Part shown: positions 58,384 to 64,000 of the stretch, one piece after another
Numbering within the stretch: position 1 is the first letter of the stretch
Layout: the number at the start of each line of letters is the position of its first letter
The notes under the pieces: generated by a model
What the model saw: the letters and a program-made list of their open reading frames with translations, nothing else
Told to the model about the DNA's origin: nothing
Databases searched by the model: none
Made by a program: the position numbers and the translations under genes
Source of the DNA: the human T2T-CHM13v2.0 reference genome, Homo sapiens
Reading direction: 5' to 3' (one strand)
NCBI RefSeq assembly: GCF_009914755.1
Contig: NC_060932.1
Length of the DNA: 64,000 nt

Positions 58384-59414
58384 GGAGGGGATGGAGCCAA
58401 GATGGCCGAATAGGAATAGCACCAGTCTACAGCTCCCAGCATGAGCGATGCAGAAGATGGGTGATTTCTGCATTTCCAACTGAGGTACTGGGTTCATCTC
58501 ACTGGGGAGTGCCGGACAGTGGGTGCAGGACAGTGGGTGCAGCGCACCGTGCATGAGCCGAAGCAGGGTGAGGCATCACCTCACCCAGGAAGTGCAAGGG
58601 GTCAGGAAATTCCCTTTCCTAGTCAAAGAAAGGGGTGACAGACGGCGCCTGGAAAACTGGGTCACTCCCACCCTAATACTGCGCTCTTCCAATGGGCTTA
58701 ACAAACGGCACACCAGGAGATTATATCCTGCACCTGGCTTGGAGGGTCCTACGCCCACGGAGCCTCGCTCATTGCTAGCACAGCAGTCTGAGATCAAACT
58801 GCAAGGTGGCAGTGAGGCTAGGGGAGGGGCGCCAGACATTGCTCAGGCTTGAGTAGGTAAACAAAGTGGCCGGGAAGCTCGAACTGGGTGGAGCCCACCA
58901 CAGCTCAAGGAGGCCTGCCTGCCTCTGTAGGCTCCACCTCTGGCGGCAGGGCACAGACAAACAAAAGACAGCAATAACCTCTGCAGATTTAACTGTCCCT
59001 CTCTGACAGCTTTGAAGAGAGTAGTGGTTCTCCCAGCATGCAGCTTGAGATCTGAGAATGGGCAGACTGCCTCCTCAAGTGGGTTCCTGACTCCCGAGTA
59101 GCCTAACTGGGAGGCACCCCCCAGTAGGGATGGAGTGACACCTCGCATGGCTGGGTACTCCTCTGAGACAAAACTTCCAGAGGAACGACCTGGAAGCAGC
59201 ATTTGCGGTTCACCAATATCCGCTGTTCTGCAGCCACTGCTGCTGATGCCCAGGCAAACAGGGCCTGGAATGGACCTCCAGTAAACTCCAACAGACCTGC
59301 AGCTGAGGGTCCTGACTGTTAGAAGGAAAACTAACAAACAGAAAGGACATCCACACCAAAAACCCATCTGTACGTCACCATCATAAAAGACCAAAGGTAG
59401 ATAAAACCACAAAG
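58384..59414 (+). promoter_or_regulatory. L1 5' UTR internal sense and antisense promoter, including YY1 site caagatggccg (58398-58408)
   Basis: Matches L1PA 5' UTR architecture; partial CpG decay. Confidence 0.8.
58576..58839 (-). CDS. L1 ORF0 (antisense), open, 87 aa
   Basis: MSGAPPLASLPPCSLISDCCASNERGSVGVGPS... matches primate L1 ORF0 (MAGAPPPASLPPCSLISDCCASN...); expression unknown. Confidence 0.7.
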   Translation of the reverse strand: MSGAPPLASLPPCSLISDCCASNERGSVGVGPSKPGAGYNLLVCRLLSPLEERSIRVGVTQFSRRRLSPLSLTRKGNFLTPCTSWVR

Positions 59415-60431
59415 ATGGGGAGAAAACAGAGCAGAAAAACCGGAATCTCTAAAAATCAGAGCGCCTCTCCTCCTCCAAAGGAATGCAGCTCCTCACCAGC
59501 AATGGAACAAAGCTGGACGGAGAATGACTTTGATGAGTTGAGAGAGGAAGGCTTCAGAAGATCAAACTACTCTGAGCTAAAGGAGGAAGTTTGAACCAAT
59601 GGCAAAGAAGTTAAAAACATTGAAAAAAAATTAGATGAATGGATAACTAGAATAACCAATGCAGAGAAGTCTTTAAAGGACCTGATGGAGCTGAAAACCA
59701 TGGCACGAGAGCTACGTGATGAATGGACAAACCTCAGTAACTGAAGTGATCAACTGGAAGAAAGGGTATCAGCGATGGAAGACGAAATGAATGAAATGAA
59801 GCGGGAAGAGAAGTTTAGAGAAAAAAGAATAAAAAGAAACAAACAAAGCCTCCAAGAAATATGGGACTATGTGAAAAGACCAAATCTATGTCTGATTGGT
59901 GTACCTGAAAGTGACAGGGAGAATGGAACCAAGTTGGAAAACACTCTGCAGGATATAATCCAGGAGAACTTCCCCAATCTACCAAGGCAGGCCAACATTC
60001 AAATTCAGGAAATACAGAGAATGCCACAAACATACGCCTCGAGAAGAGCAACTCCAAGACACATAATTGTCAGATTCACTAAAGTTGAAATGAAGGAAAA
60101 AATGTTAAGGGCAGCCAGAGAGAAAGGTCGGGTTACCCACAAAGGGAAGCCCATCAGACTAACAGCTGATCTCTCGGCAGAAACTCTACAAGCCAGAAGA
60201 GAGTGGGGGCCAATATTCAACATTCTTAAAGAAAGGAATTTTCAACCCAGAATTTCATATCCAGCCAAACTAAGCTTCATAAGTGAAGGAGAAATGAAAT
60301 CCTTTACAGACAAGCAAATGCTGAGAGATTTTGTCACCACCAGGCCTGCCCTAAAAGAGCTCCTGAAGGAAGCACTAAACATGGAAAGGAACAACCAGTA
60401 CCAGCCACTGCAAAAACATACCAAATTGTAA
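59415..60431 (+). pseudogene. L1 ORF1p, full-length frame (1017 nt) with two in-frame TGA stops
   Basis: ATG at 59415; stops at 59592 and 59742; C-terminal 218-aa ORF contains RPNL, REKG and YPAKLS motifs. Confidence 0.93.
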
Positions 60432-60494
60432 AGACCATTGAGGCTAGGAAGAAACTGCATCAACTAATGGGCAAAACAACCAGCTAACATCATA

Positions 60495-64000
<3,506 letters not shown>

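Noticed and set aside
58843-59412. 189-aa minus-strand ORF
   Set aside because: It has a non-ATG start and is an antisense reading of the L1 5' UTR; it is not ORF0.

Overview
Repeat-rich primate genomic DNA. It is almost certainly human, because it carries an AluYb8, a human-specific subfamily. It looks intergenic or deep intronic: I can support no intact protein-coding gene, RNA gene or CRISPR array. Most of the window is interspersed repeats: about 15 Alus, many L1 fragments including a 5'-complete L1PA that runs off the right edge, a partial MER4-group provirus, solo LTRs (MER4, MER41, MER34/39, THE1, MLT1, MLT2), L2/MIR relics and a Tigger-like relic. There is one clear processed pseudogene (NDUFS5, with TSDs) and one unidentified mRNA-like segment. 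The main structural oddities are: an old L1MC apparently split by a ~13 kb block of unrelated DNA, four-level TE nesting, an intact antisense ORF0 in a dead L1PA, a young AluYb8, a candidate L1 3' transduction and several small duplications or templated insertions. I found no convincing novel biological system. Subfamily names come from remembered consensus sequences and need RepeatMasker/Dfam confirmation.
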